Under the pieces are notes generated by a model that did not search any database, was not told the origin of the DNA, and saw only the letters and a list, made by a program, of their open reading frames with translations. The position numbers and the translations under genes were made by a program. Below are positions 48,004 to 59,399 of a DNA stretch of 64,000 nt, one piece after another (the stretch's first letter is position 1; each line of letters begins with the position of its first letter). The stretch spans positions 172,418,514-172,482,513 of the forward strand of contig NC_058133.1 in assembly GCF_016433145.1 (NCBI RefSeq). The letters are read 5' to 3'. This stretch comes from Gracilinanus agilis. Lineage: Eukaryota.

Positions 48004-49533
48004 TCACCAGCATTTTACAGTAATATTCTGTATATGCAGGATATATATAATTAAACAGTTACTGATCATGTAAAGATATAATACAGTTAAAGTCCAAGAG
48101 GTACTACTATGTAGAGTATCAACAGTCATGTTGACTAAACCTGTCATAACATTTGTCAACAAGAAGAAAAGTAACTGGTTTCTATCAATGGCAGCAATTA
48201 AACAAAGACTCGGAAGCTTTTTTCCCGTTTGATGGGCCAAGGGCTCTGAAGGATTTTTATCTTTGTTGAGTGTTGGGATGAGATCCCAAGAACATGGCAC
48301 AATAGCTCCTTTAATCAGGAATTTGGTGAAGACCAAAATCATATTACCTAGCATCAACCAACTAAGAAATAATAGGCTGTAAGCAACTATCCAAATGCAA
48401 AAGGCTAAATTAGCCATTTTTCTGGAAACTGCATCTACATATATTTGACATATATAAAGAAACATAAGGAGAGTGACAGCTGTCAGTAATAGGTGACATC
48501 CCACTTTAAGCCAATCTCTGAGATTTTTACCCTTATTTTTTTTTACCCTTAATACATATAATCCAGTTTGTACACCAGCCATATATATTGCCACATACCC
48601 AAAGATGGAAATGATCCCCTCACGGTTTGCATTTAGGAAACCAATCCTTGTGCCTTTGTGATCAATGCCATGCAAAATAATCATCTTGAGTTGTGCAAAG
48701 TCAAGAGATATTTGATAGATTATAGCAATGATGACAGCCACAAACCAAGATTTGTTTAGGGGGAAAAGAATCAAGAGTAAGGAGGCTAGTACTTTTACAA
48801 CTGCTAAAGTAAAAAAAAAGTTCCAGTGTACTCCATATTCAGATAAATGTTCATGATATTCTATAGACTTTACACTGATCAGTCGCCCTACCCCTAAGAC
48901 TACTAATGGCCAAACAGAGAACAACTGCTTTGCAAGGTAATAATATCTGGTCTGTTTGGTCCTGAGTTTTCCTCTAACCTCTGGACAAACTATAGCATTT
49001 CCAAAAACAAAGCCTCCCACTCCAAAGTCCATCAATCCTGTTCCATAGAGCTCTGTTTTGGCATATCGTCTAGGATAAAGTGGGAAATCCACGGCCAGGA
49101 TGTTGATTGCAGTGGCCAAAACGATGTAAACACGGAACATTGTAATAGATGGGATGTTTTTGGAATCTACACTGGTTTTCAGGAATGCACCAATGATTTT
49201 CTGGGCAGGTGCCCTGGTATAACAGGTTCTCTTGCTATATATCTCATAGAACAGCCATGTAGCTAAAATGGTCAGGGCAGTTGGCAAAAGGAAAACCACA
49301 GAAGAAAGAATAGTGCAAGAAGCCACCAAAGGCACTACAAGTACAGCAAAGTCAGTGAGGAGATGAGCTCCCCATCTACATGAAAATGGTGCATGGTGAA
49401 GTTGTGACAAAATGAGTATTAGTCCTCTACACACAGTACAGAGTGGGGGCAATGCTAAACCTGCTGAAATTTCCAGTAGGCTGGTTCCATTGAGATTGCT
49501 GACAAAGGCCTCCTTCATTTGTCTTTGAGACAT
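48004..49533 (-). CDS. PIGW: PIGW, GPI inositol acyltransferase (GWT1 family), single coding exon, 509 aa
   Basis: MSQRQMKEAFVSNLNGT...ILAVDFPLYPRRYAKTELYGTGLMDFGVGGFVF...EYGVHWNFFFTL...NANREGI...TVKCW*. Acceptor TACAG|G lies 10 nt before the ATG; ORF intact. Confidence 0.97.
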   Translation of the reverse strand: MSQRQMKEAFVSNLNGTSLLEISAGLALPPLCTVCRGLILILSQLHHAPFSCRWGAHLLTDFAVLVVPLVASCTILSSVVFLLPTALTILATWLFYEIYSKRTCYTRAPAQKIIGAFLKTSVDSKNIPSITMFRVYIVLATAINILAVDFPLYPRRYAKTELYGTGLMDFGVGGFVFGNAIVCPEVRGKLRTKQTRYYYLAKQLFSVWPLVVLGVGRLISVKSIEYHEHLSEYGVHWNFFFTLAVVKVLASLLLILFPLNKSWFVAVIIAIIYQISLDFAQLKMIILHGIDHKGTRIGFLNANREGIISIFGYVAIYMAGVQTGLYVLRVKKNKGKNLRDWLKVGCHLLLTAVTLLMFLYICQIYVDAVSRKMANLAFCIWIVAYSLLFLSWLMLGNMILVFTKFLIKGAIVPCSWDLIPTLNKDKNPSEPLAHQTGKKLPSLCLIAAIDRNQLLFFLLTNVMTGLVNMTVDTLHSSTSWTLTVLYLYMISNCLIIYILHIQNITVKCW

Positions 49534-50614
49534 TTTTTTCTTCCTGTATAAAAAAAGCAAAGAAATTAACTCATACAGAATCAGAATCTTATCTGTTTGT
49601 ACTCAGGCCAGTACTAAGGACACTACCACTCTGAATCAAAAGAATTGGAGGTGGAAGAGAACTTAGGCCCTCTAGCTCAACCTCCTCATTTAACAGATGA
49701 AGAAACCAAGGAACAGAGGAGAAATGACTTGCCAGAACAGCTGGTAGTTGAGCAGGCTTTCTCTAAACCTTGTGGTCATTCCAGTACACCATCATATTAG
49801 ACTAACCTAACTGTAACCAATCTAATATCCTCATTTTATAGATGAAACCAAGTGCTAGAGAGGTGAAGCAATTTGCCTAATATCACAAAGCTGGTTAGTG
49901 ATAGAGCTACCATCAAAACTCATTTCACAGTAGAGTGCTCTTTCCATTGGGCAATTTCCTAAGAATAAAACCCAGAAAGTATCATCCAGATATCAATCAT
50001 TTGAAAAGAAACATTTAAGGTTTAAAATATTTTACAAAGGTCCAATTTGACTTGCATAGATGTCATTACTATTTAGGAGGCAGTTACCATTTGAACAAAT
50101 TTTCACTCTCTAGTCCTCGGATTCTTCTCCTGAAATGTGAGGGTTTCACTAGAGGGGTCTCTAAGATACCTATAGCGCTAAACCCTATGAACTGCAATAA
50201 AAACCCTACGTATATTTTTTAAAAATCTTAGAATCCTGCTCCAAATTGGCTCAAGAGGTACGGTGCCCCACTCCCAAGTCATGGACTGCTGCCCAGATTC
50301 CCCTAGCTTCATCAAAACACCCCACCCCGTCCCAACGTGCGGGTTCGAACCTCCGCCAGCCCCATCTGCATCTCTGACCTTTGATCTTACACCAGTAGGT
50401 TAGGTTTAGGTCCGGCAATTTTTTTTTCAGGGGGGAAGAGGAAGGACGTGCAGGCCCTGAGAAGCACGCAAGAAGAGTTGCCACCGGACTAAAAGCGTTC
50501 TCAAGTGCATCCTTCCCTTTCGTAATGCTGCCTTGGACGCTAGGGGAGTCGGCCTCCGAGACCTGGCCACGTGATTCCATACGCTTTCCGGCAGGACAGA
50601 GGGGTGGATCTCAC

Positions 50615-50800
50615 CGTCTTCTCTCTTCCCCGCCCTCCGCTTTTCCAGGCACATCCGGTTCGGATTCCCGCCTCGGGGCGCTGCGGGCGGGGAGAGGTTG
50701 GGGAGTGTCGAGGGGCGAGGCGGAGGAGGAACGCGCAGCCGCAGAGCCTGAACTGAGGGGCCGGGGTACCTGGGCGCCCGCTTTTCAGAGGTCGGGGCGG
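50615..50800 (-). other. PIGW: Candidate PIGW non-coding exon 1 (5' end approximate)
   Basis: Donor ACG|GTGAGA about 1.07 kb upstream of the PIGW coding-exon acceptor, inside the CpG island. Confidence 0.5.
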
Positions 50801-51254
50801 GACCGGGAGACCTGGCAGGGGTGGAGCCAGGGGGCGGGCGGAGCCATCGGTTCACCACCCACAACAGCCGGAAAAGCCTCTCATTTATATTCTCTGGTAA
50901 TCCCCACCATCGCTGGTCTCTCACAAGCCCCAGACGTACTCCTGATCTTCTCCGGGACTCAAGGGCTCTCTTTTCTTGCTTCCACCTTTCCAACCACTAC
51001 AGCCATTCCCGAGGTCCCCCGAAATAACCAGCTTCCTCTTCATTCTCCCACAAAGAGTCCTGGTGCCGCAAGGGCCACGTGCGCCTTCCGCCACGTGGGC
51101 ACGCTCCGCCCCGAGGCGGGGCCGTCCGGCGACCTCGCCCCCTCCTCCTCCGCTCGCCCGGACCCCTCCCCCAGCTCCCTCCTTCACTTTTTCCCACCTT
51201 CATCCCCGCCTTTCCAGTCCGCCTGGGCGGGGTCCACGCAAGCCGGCCCGGACC

Positions 51255-51263
51255 ATGGAAACG
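51255..51263 (+). CDS. MYO19: Candidate first coding exon (M-E-T) of the divergent gene, MYO19 by synteny
   Basis: Strong Kozak GACCATGG followed by phase-0 donor ACG|GTGAGT. MYO19 orthologs have a very short phase-0 first coding exon. The motor-domain exon (DDLT-x-VNPV) was not found in the window. Confidence 0.4.
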
Positions 51264-53039
51264 GTGAGTGACCCCTCCCCCGGTCTTACCGGGAGGCCTC
51301 CCTCCCCTTCTTTATGTGCCTAAAGGGGCAGAGAGTGGGGAGGGGTCGCAGTCCTGGGAATGACTGGAGGGTAGGGGACGCTCTCCTCAATGGCTCGGGG
51401 ACGCTCCCTTTCCTCGGTGCTTCTTTGTCCCTTCTCTGCCTGAGGGAGCCTGAGGTCCCCGGCTGGAGCCGAAGACCTAGCAGGGTCGTCTCTCCTCTCC
51501 GGTCCGGGCTACCTCAGGTGAGGAAGGGGAGCCGGGAAAGAGAAGGGGGGGGCACCCTGGCTAGCCGAGCTGGGGGAGGGGCTGAGAAAAGCCAGGCGTT
51601 GAGCAGCTATCTCCGCCAGCTTCGGGAAGCAAAGTCTCGGGGTTCTAACCCCGAGGGGCCCTGAGGGGCAAGGGATCGGACTGTGGAGTCTTTGAAGGGC
51701 AGCCTCCCCGATCCTTAGCCAGGTGTTTCCAAAGAAGCTACACCCCGGCCCGGGCTTAGTCGATTGCCCAGACCTGGGCTGGGTTGAAGGGAGGTGGTCC
51801 TGGGCCAAGGTCCCCCTCCCACGTCCTGCCTTGCCTTGCCCTGCTGCCTGCCCTTGGGCGGATGGAATCACCGCCCTACCCTTTGGGGTTCTTTCTATCC
51901 AAGTTAACTGGACTGGCCAGGAGGAAGATTGGCCGTCAGTTTGGTTGCCTCTCGCCCTTGTGCTTGTCCTTCAGTGGTTTGGTGACAAGTAGTGCTCCGA
52001 GGGTGACTGCGCATCCACCAGCTCGCATACTCTTTCTTTGTTGCTCAAACCAACCAGGAGCAGGGAGAAGCCGAGGCAGCTGACCTGAACTAAAGTCTTA
52101 GCCATAGTTATGGAGAGTTAAGTTTGACCCCACCCCCACCCCTACCCCTAGGTAGGCTAGGCTAGGTGACTGGCTGTTGTACTTGTAAATGAGGAAACCC
52201 GCTCTCCGTTCACTATCCTAGAGTTACCATTGACTTGTCTAGTGCTCTTACCACTATTCTTGGGCATGGGCGGGCCAGGAAAGAAGCTGCAATTGAACTT
52301 GCTGGATCTGGAATTCCAGAGGATTTGAGTCAGTTCTGCCACTCCATACTACTACTAGGAAGAAATCACCTCTTGCCCCTCAGTTTTCTCATCCGATCAA
52401 AATGAAAGGATTGGGCTAGATGGTCTTTCCCAGCCTTAGTTCTTTGATCATGAGATCCTTTGAGGAGTTCAATTCTGTGGCATCTCCAACACATTAACCA
52501 TGACTGTCAGTCATTTAATCTCACAGCCTCAGTTTCCTTATTTGTAAAGTGGAGATAATGTGTATACTGCCTACCCCAGAGTTATTGAGAAGAAAGCACT
52601 TTGTAAACCATCAAGCATTGCAGAAATGTGAATTATTGTAGTTGTTGCTGTTATTATTGACCCCATATTGAGTAGGACTTCTCCCCATCTGGGTGGTAAG
52701 GAATTAATATAAAATCATAAGACTATTAGAATAGGAAGGACTTTAAAATCATCTAGATATCAAACCCTCACAGGCATTGAGGAAGGATTAGGATCCTGGT
52801 GTTATTGACGCATGTCTAATACTCTTTCCATGATGCCATATATGTCCTCCTTGTATGGCATTGAGTGTAAAAAATGGGTAGATTACTTAACCAGGGAGAG
52901 GAGCTGCAATAGAAAAAAAATCAGATAACAATGTGGAGAATTAAAGCTGGAAAGGGCTTTACAAATCACTTGGGCTGTCCCTTTTTTTGCAGATCAGGAT
53001 ACTGAGCCTCAAAGACAAGTGATTTGGATCATCAGAGGT

Positions 53040-53470
53040 TGAGTCCAGTTCCGAACAAAACAAAAAAGAATCACACGATTAAAATTCAAGAGAGTGGATT
53101 TGGGTTTAAATATCAGTTTATTAATCAGGTTAGCATTATAGTCAATAACGTGATAGATCAATGACCTCCTAGATGACCAAAGATCCCAAAACTCCATAAG
53201 GCAGATCTATAAATATAATTTGGAAGCTTATTATTCATCTCCTGCCTTGAACAATACATCTCTAATTGGTAAATAGCTAATCTAGAAGGTGGTCTATCAA
53301 ACTCTCCACCCTTTTCTATCCCCATGTGATGGAGGTTAAGTGGGCAAGAAAAGAATCCTTGTCTCATTTTGCTATTAACCAAATTTCATTAAAAATAAGA
53401 CATTCCTTGGGATTCCTAAGGACAAGGAAAATGTAAAAATCCGCCAACTGGATGGTGCCTGTGATTCAAA
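53040..53470 (-). mobile_element. LTR-like repeat (boundaries uncertain)
   Basis: GATTAATAAA polyA-type motif on the minus strand and LTR-like composition; family not recognised. Confidence 0.35.
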
Positions 53471-53472
53471 AC

Positions 53473-53510
53473 CTTATATATATTAGCATAGGAATGCTAA
53501 TATATATAAG
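53473..53510. repeat. Perfect 17-bp inverted repeat with a 4-nt loop
   Basis: CTTATATATATTAGCAT - AGGA - ATGCTAATATATATAAG. Confidence 0.95.
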
Positions 53511-54727
53511 AATTGACTGGGGCTTTTTCTAATAATATAGTATATGAAAAACAAATTCTCTCAGCACTCTTCTCTGTTTCTTGGGGAGAATGGCCTCAGT
53601 TTCTGCATTGAAACATGTGCCTACCCAAAATGATTACTGTATATTACATGGAGGGCCTAACTATAATCATAATGTTTGGGTGTTTAACATGATGTTTAAA
53701 AAATGATAGATGCATTGACAGATAGCTATTAGGGGACACTTCCTTCTGGTACAAGGATCTTACAGACAGAATAATGGCACATGGAAGAAACATGAAAGTA
53801 TAGGTGACTCAACTTCCACTGTCTAGGCCATTATGTCCAAAGATTCAAAGTCTTGTGATGCACAATTATCCAGTTTCTGGAGACATTTTCTATTGCTGTC
53901 ATCCTCTTAGGATCTCTGGAACCATGCTTGTCCTCAGAGCAGTTCCTCTGGCAGATCTGCTTTTCCTAGGCCAGGTCACTGGTAGCCTGTTTTCCTGAAA
54001 ATTGCTTGAAAAAATAAATCTCAATACAATTTAACATTGTCACCAAAATTTTACATTGCCAATGGTGAGAGCTAACTCAACCCTTAGGATTCTAATTTTC
54101 TTATCTCAGCATAAAGGATATACTTCTTTCAGAACAAGGTAATTAATTACTGTAGAAACTGTCAACTTACTGGACAGAAATTTTAAAGGCTCTATAAGGA
54201 TTTGACCTTTAGAGGTAGCTTTTCTAATTAAAAATTTTTTGATATACCCCTGATTTCTACAACATGGTATTAATACATACTCAGAGCCTTAGACACAATT
54301 AGAAATTTATATTTGACATACATGGCTTTCCCCCCCCAAAAAAATTTTCACTTTATATCTTTAATCTTCTCACTTCCCTCTCATGAGGATGAGATTGTGC
54401 TAAAGATCTGATCCTTATACAAGAGCTGTAGATGACAACACTTTGAAAACATGTGGCTTCTGTGTTCGATGGCAGTATAAATGAATTTGCCCCAAAGATA
54501 TTTCACCTTTAATTATAACAATAGACTTGGGATAGGATTTGTAAAAAGTAAGGCAAATTATTCTACATTGTATCAAATAAATTATCTGGAGTCAAATATA
54601 ATTAACCTCTAACCATGCTCAAATAAACTAGATATCACATATATAAAGACTAATGCTCCCAGATCTTCTCTATACACTTGTGTGATCTACTTGCATTACA
54701 AAATACATCCCATACACAAGGTTTAAT

Positions 54728-54936
54728 CTTTTTTTTTTAAAATAACCCCTTACCTTCCATCTTGGAATCAATACTGTGTATTGGTTTTAAGGTGGAAGAG
54801 TGGTAAGGGCTAGGCAATGGGGGTTAAGTGACTTGCCCAGGGTCTCACAGGAAGGAAGTGTCTGAGACCAGATTTGAACCTAGGACCTCCCATCTCTAGG
54901 CTCTCTCTCAATCAGCTAAGCTACCCAGCTGCCCCC
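54728..54936 (-). mobile_element. SINE1_Mdo-like SINE
   Basis: Antisense full-length copy ending ...CTACCCAGCTGCCCCC, with a T tail at the left. Confidence 0.85.
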
Positions 54937-57900
54937 TCATTAAGAGGAATTTGTTATTGAGAGGAGGAAGTAGAAAGTGGCATAACAGTCTCAGTACTGT
55001 TCCTTAGTTCTTTTGAATTCAGGTATGAATCTTAAAGGCTTACCGTGAAGCCACAGGGAATCACAGATAGGCTCAGACTCACTTAGGTGCCTTATTTTTC
55101 AAGATTGGGAAACCCCCAACTCAAGAGAATCCTACCTTCACCTTTGCAAGGTCATTTTTTCAACTGGCCCAGCCGAAGCCAGCAGACTACAGAACATAGT
55201 TGTTCCCTTAGATGAAGGTCATAAACTGATACCTGAAATCACAAGTTAAAATATCATTGACTTTAAAAAGTCCTTCCCACCCCAAGCCCTCAAAAAAAAA
55301 ACAAAAAAAAAACCAACTTCCTTCAAAAAAAATTCTTTATCCTTTACAGTTTAGGATCAGAGTATTGATCTGTCATAAGAATTATGATCTAACTTTCACA
55401 GTGAATAGTAGTTTCAGAAATGTAGCTCCACTAAATTCCAGTTATTAATAAATATGATTATGTGATTTTTCCAAATGATTTGGAAAAAAAAAATCACTTA
55501 TTACAACCCATTAAAATTCATTACTTAAAAGGGAGAAAAACCTAGTTCATAAAATGTGATCTCACAACTTAAGCTTTTCCACCAATAATTCTGGGATGCA
55601 GGTGCAAATATTTCTCTCCCCTGTAAATAAGATTACATTACATTTCAACCAAGTCAGTTCTTGATTAATAATTACTAATAGCAACAGTTAAACATTATGT
55701 GAAGGAAACTCGGGGATAGAGAGCTAGACCTAGAGACAGGAGTTCTCGGGTTCAAGTGTGACCTCACATATGTCCCAAATGTGTGACCCTGAGTAAATCA
55801 CTTAATCCCTATTACCTTGCCCTTGTGGTTAAAAAAAAAAAAGTGACAAAAATTAACTGAAACTTTTTGAGGGCAATGTAAACTCATTGTATATTCAATA
55901 GTTTACATTAAACAAATTTGCTTTTAGCAGTCTTAATGTGTAAGATATTAAACTTATTTTAATTAAATGACATCAAATTAATTATTTCAAAGTAAAATTA
56001 CAAAATCAGATCACAACTCTTATTAAATCAACTACAGAAAACTTCATTATTCACATTTAAACAGTTCTATAAAATAAATATACAAAGCAAAATGTTATGC
56101 CTTTTAGCTGTTGTAATATTACATAGCTTGGATTTTAACTCAAGCCTTTTCTGAAACTATGTATTTCCTGGAATTATTAATTGAAACAGCTGTTGCTTCA
56201 TTTCCCCCTTCATTCCCCCCCAAAATAAGGCTGACTCAGGACTAAGAAAATTATAATACAAATTAAGAGGTATAGTATTGATATTCTAATCCAGATGGGT
56301 TGCTAAATTTCTAAGGTGAACAAATTCATCCACACAGACCAGCTTCACTAAGAGAAGCTGGCCACCCCTTTCTCCACTTAGTCAGTGAAGGAATTTGTCA
56401 CCCCCTCATTTCCCTGTCCCTCACATTTCCAAAGGTAGTGAAAATCAGAGCACACCTACACAAATTCCTCAATGGAGTCCCCAAACCTCTTAGGTTAAAT
56501 TTTTTAAAGGGAAGGTCACATTACAATCAAACCCTATAAAATGATTATAGTGGTGTTTATTTTTACATCATCTGCAATAGATTGCAGATTTTTAGGCAAT
56601 TGCTCAATTGTTATGAGTTCAAAGTTGACTTGAATCCAGACTATTACTTCTCCTAATACCATGAATTATCACATTCATGTTAGGCTAACAAGTTGGTAAA
56701 CTGAGGAAATTTTGACCCAACATCTTGCTTTTAATTCAGAATAAGAAAAAATTAAAATCTCTGTGATCCCACCTGGATCAAATGCCATCATCACACAAAA
56801 TACTCAAGTAATAATACCCTGAATTTTAGTACTAACTTTTACAATACTTAATCACTTTAAAGCTCACCAATTTTAGCTAATCCAAGGATAGAAATTTAAA
56901 ATAGTGATTAACCAAATATAGGTTTTATAATTGTTAACAAAACTTTCTCCTCTATTTACATTGGAATCACCCACTCACCCAAAATTCTCACATCATAATT
57001 AAAAATATTTTCCAACAGAAAATTTTTTACCAACACATTTAAGTTTTTCTACATTTATGCCTTATTCTCTGTAATCCCCATTATCTGGCTATCATCTGGA
57101 GATTTAAGAGAAAAAAAAGTGCCTTTTTTTTAGAACATTAAACAAAATACAAAACAAAGATGTTCCTATATTTTACAAAGAAACAAAAATAAAATTAGGC
57201 AGAGACATAAACAAGACAGCCCAAGAAGATCTTTCCATGATGAGTCTTTAAGAATACCTTTTTCTATAATTTACAGTTAAGAGCCAAATTAACAAATTAT
57301 TACACATTTCCTAGCTTAAGCCAATCAATTTCAAAAATAAATAACCAAGGTAAAACAAATTCTCAGCTGAAGCTATTATAGATTTTAATGTCAGTGCAAT
57401 ATTGGGCCTTAATAAAAAAAATTTTTTTTAATCAAACAAATGTATTTCTCCCAGATCAGGTTTTATTTCAGGAAAATATGTCCCCAAAATGCCTTTCACT
57501 TCATAAGTATATTCTATTCTTCCTCTCTTTCTTTGGTCTGTCTCTGACTCTGTCTACTTCAGTCCATCTCAGGAATTATCTCACAAGAAATACAGATACA
57601 CAAAATGGTACATGTAACATGACATAAAAAAGACACTCAAAAGAAATATAATTCTTATCCATAGAAGATCTGATTGTCAAAAACAGAGAGACTTCCATTA
57701 CCCCTTCATTTTCCCTATCTGAAAGGGAATCACTTTGTGGGAAAAAAAAGCTTCCAGCCTGGGCCCAGTCTTGGAGTGAAATTTTTCTGATAAGCAAAAG
57801 AAAGATTCATGGTCCCTTCAGACTGGTCACCATAAAGGACCACCATAACACTTGAAATTTCTCCCTCAGATCCTTGGGACAAGAATGAGCATCTTTCCCC

Positions 57901-58689
57901 TGAAATGCTGACCTAGATGATCTGGCCTAAACCCTTGTTGCCAAACTAGCATTCCCTCTTGGCCAAAATAGCCTAAGCGTTCTATAGCAGGACTATCATA
58001 AATATTTTCCCCCAGGCTCCTAATCGGCAATTTGCAGGACAGACCCTCATTCTGTCATTTTAGCAGCTTCTCAATGCTGGGCCACTGACCTCATTCCCAG
58101 CTTCCCAGAGCAGCAGGTTTGCATGCTTGACTTAGTCCCCAAATGAGCAGCCTTTACCTTCAGAGCTGAACTCAACTCTGTACTTTTATCCATGTGTGTA
58201 TGAGCAGGTGGACACATATTGATTTTCTGATATTTACCCTCATTGTTTCCATTCTCTTCTTTCAGGTGCTCATGTTGATCTTCCACTGGTTTCTCCAAAC
58301 CAAACCTCTTCACAGTGCCTGTGTTCCAGCTGTTCCACATTCAGAACCATAAAATCCTCTTCATTTGGCAGCCCAAAGCCCCAGCTGGAAACAAAGCAAT
58401 ATGCTGCATCAGGTAACTCGGATGGCACTAATGAAGCATCTGCCTGGGATATACTTCACAAGAGAGGGCAACGAAAGAACTTCTAACACAATCTGTTATA
58501 AATGCACATTTTAAGTATTAGAATATTCTGTTCTTCCTGGCAGATGAGGATTTGTTTTGTGACAGGACAAATCAGGTGGGTTATGGTATAAGTGCAAAGA
58601 GTGCAATGGACAGGAGTACCAGGAGCACAGTTTTCACATCTTGCCAAGGATTCTCAAATGCCTTGCCCTTTCCCTGACAGAACCTAGTT

Positions 58690-59030
58690 TTTAAAAAATT
58701 TAATTGTTTAATAATTGCATTAAAATTTCCAGGTATCTCCTTCCCACCCCTCCTTAAAATGGAGAGGGCATATATATATATATGTCTTGCATATTACTAT
58801 TTATCAGTTCTTTCTCTGGAAGTAGACATTCATAAGTTATTCTTCAAACATGATTTCTGTCACTGTATATACTGTTCTCTTGGTTCTACTTGTTTCACTT
58901 TTCATAATTTCACATTATCTTTCCATACTTTTAAAAAATTAACTTGCTCATCATTTCTTATGATGCAGTAGTATTCTGTCACAATCATATGCCACAACTT
59001 GTTCAACTATTCCCCAATTGATGGGCATCT
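58690..59030 (-). mobile_element. L1 3' end fragment
   Basis: Antisense marsupial L1 3' pattern: TCAGTTCTTTCTCTGGA...TGTATATACTGTTCTCTTGGTTCTACT...CAACTTGTTCAACTATTCCCCAATTGATGGGCATC. Confidence 0.75.
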
Positions 59031-59399
59031 CTACCTAGTTCTAGAATATCCATTATCTTCCTGGCCTCAAGGAGAACTTTTCTTAACTCTTGTGTCTCCC
59101 AGAGCTGCCTGCGCTGTCCAAGCACACAACCTTGATCACAACTTTGTGGTCATCTTCATCTTTTCACAATCAGCAGGAACAAAAATGTCTCATTTACTAC
59201 TTCCCAAGCAGGAGGAAGGTATGATTTCATCTCTCTGAGCAATAGGCCTCCACAGTGGGCCCTGGAGTGGCTACCCTTATAGGTACAGACAGAACTTGGT
59301 AGTGGTAGCAAATATTCAGGGAACTTTTATTTATTTTATTCCCTGTAAATTTAATTTTTCTTAAAAACAAAACCAAAAAGCTGTTCGAGGACAAGCCAG

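Larger units (their letters stand above)
50250..51800. promoter_or_regulatory. CpG island, likely bidirectional PIGW/MYO19 promoter
   Basis: CpG-rich with GC boxes; outward-facing donors on both strands (minus ACG|GTGAGA at 50615, plus ACG|GTGAGT at 51263). PIGW and MYO19 are head-to-head in other mammals. Confidence 0.75.

Noticed and set aside
49534-49560. Extra 9 N-terminal residues (518-aa PIGW) in the ORF track
   Set aside because: The track starts at a non-ATG codon inside the polypyrimidine tract upstream of the acceptor at 49543; homology starts at MSQRQ.
58270-58440. Minus-strand peptide CFVSSWGFGLPNEEDFMVLNVEQLEHRHC resembling a trypsin-family segment
   Set aside because: No GDSGG or His/Asp motifs nearby and stops flank it; it is the antisense shadow of the open plus-strand frame.
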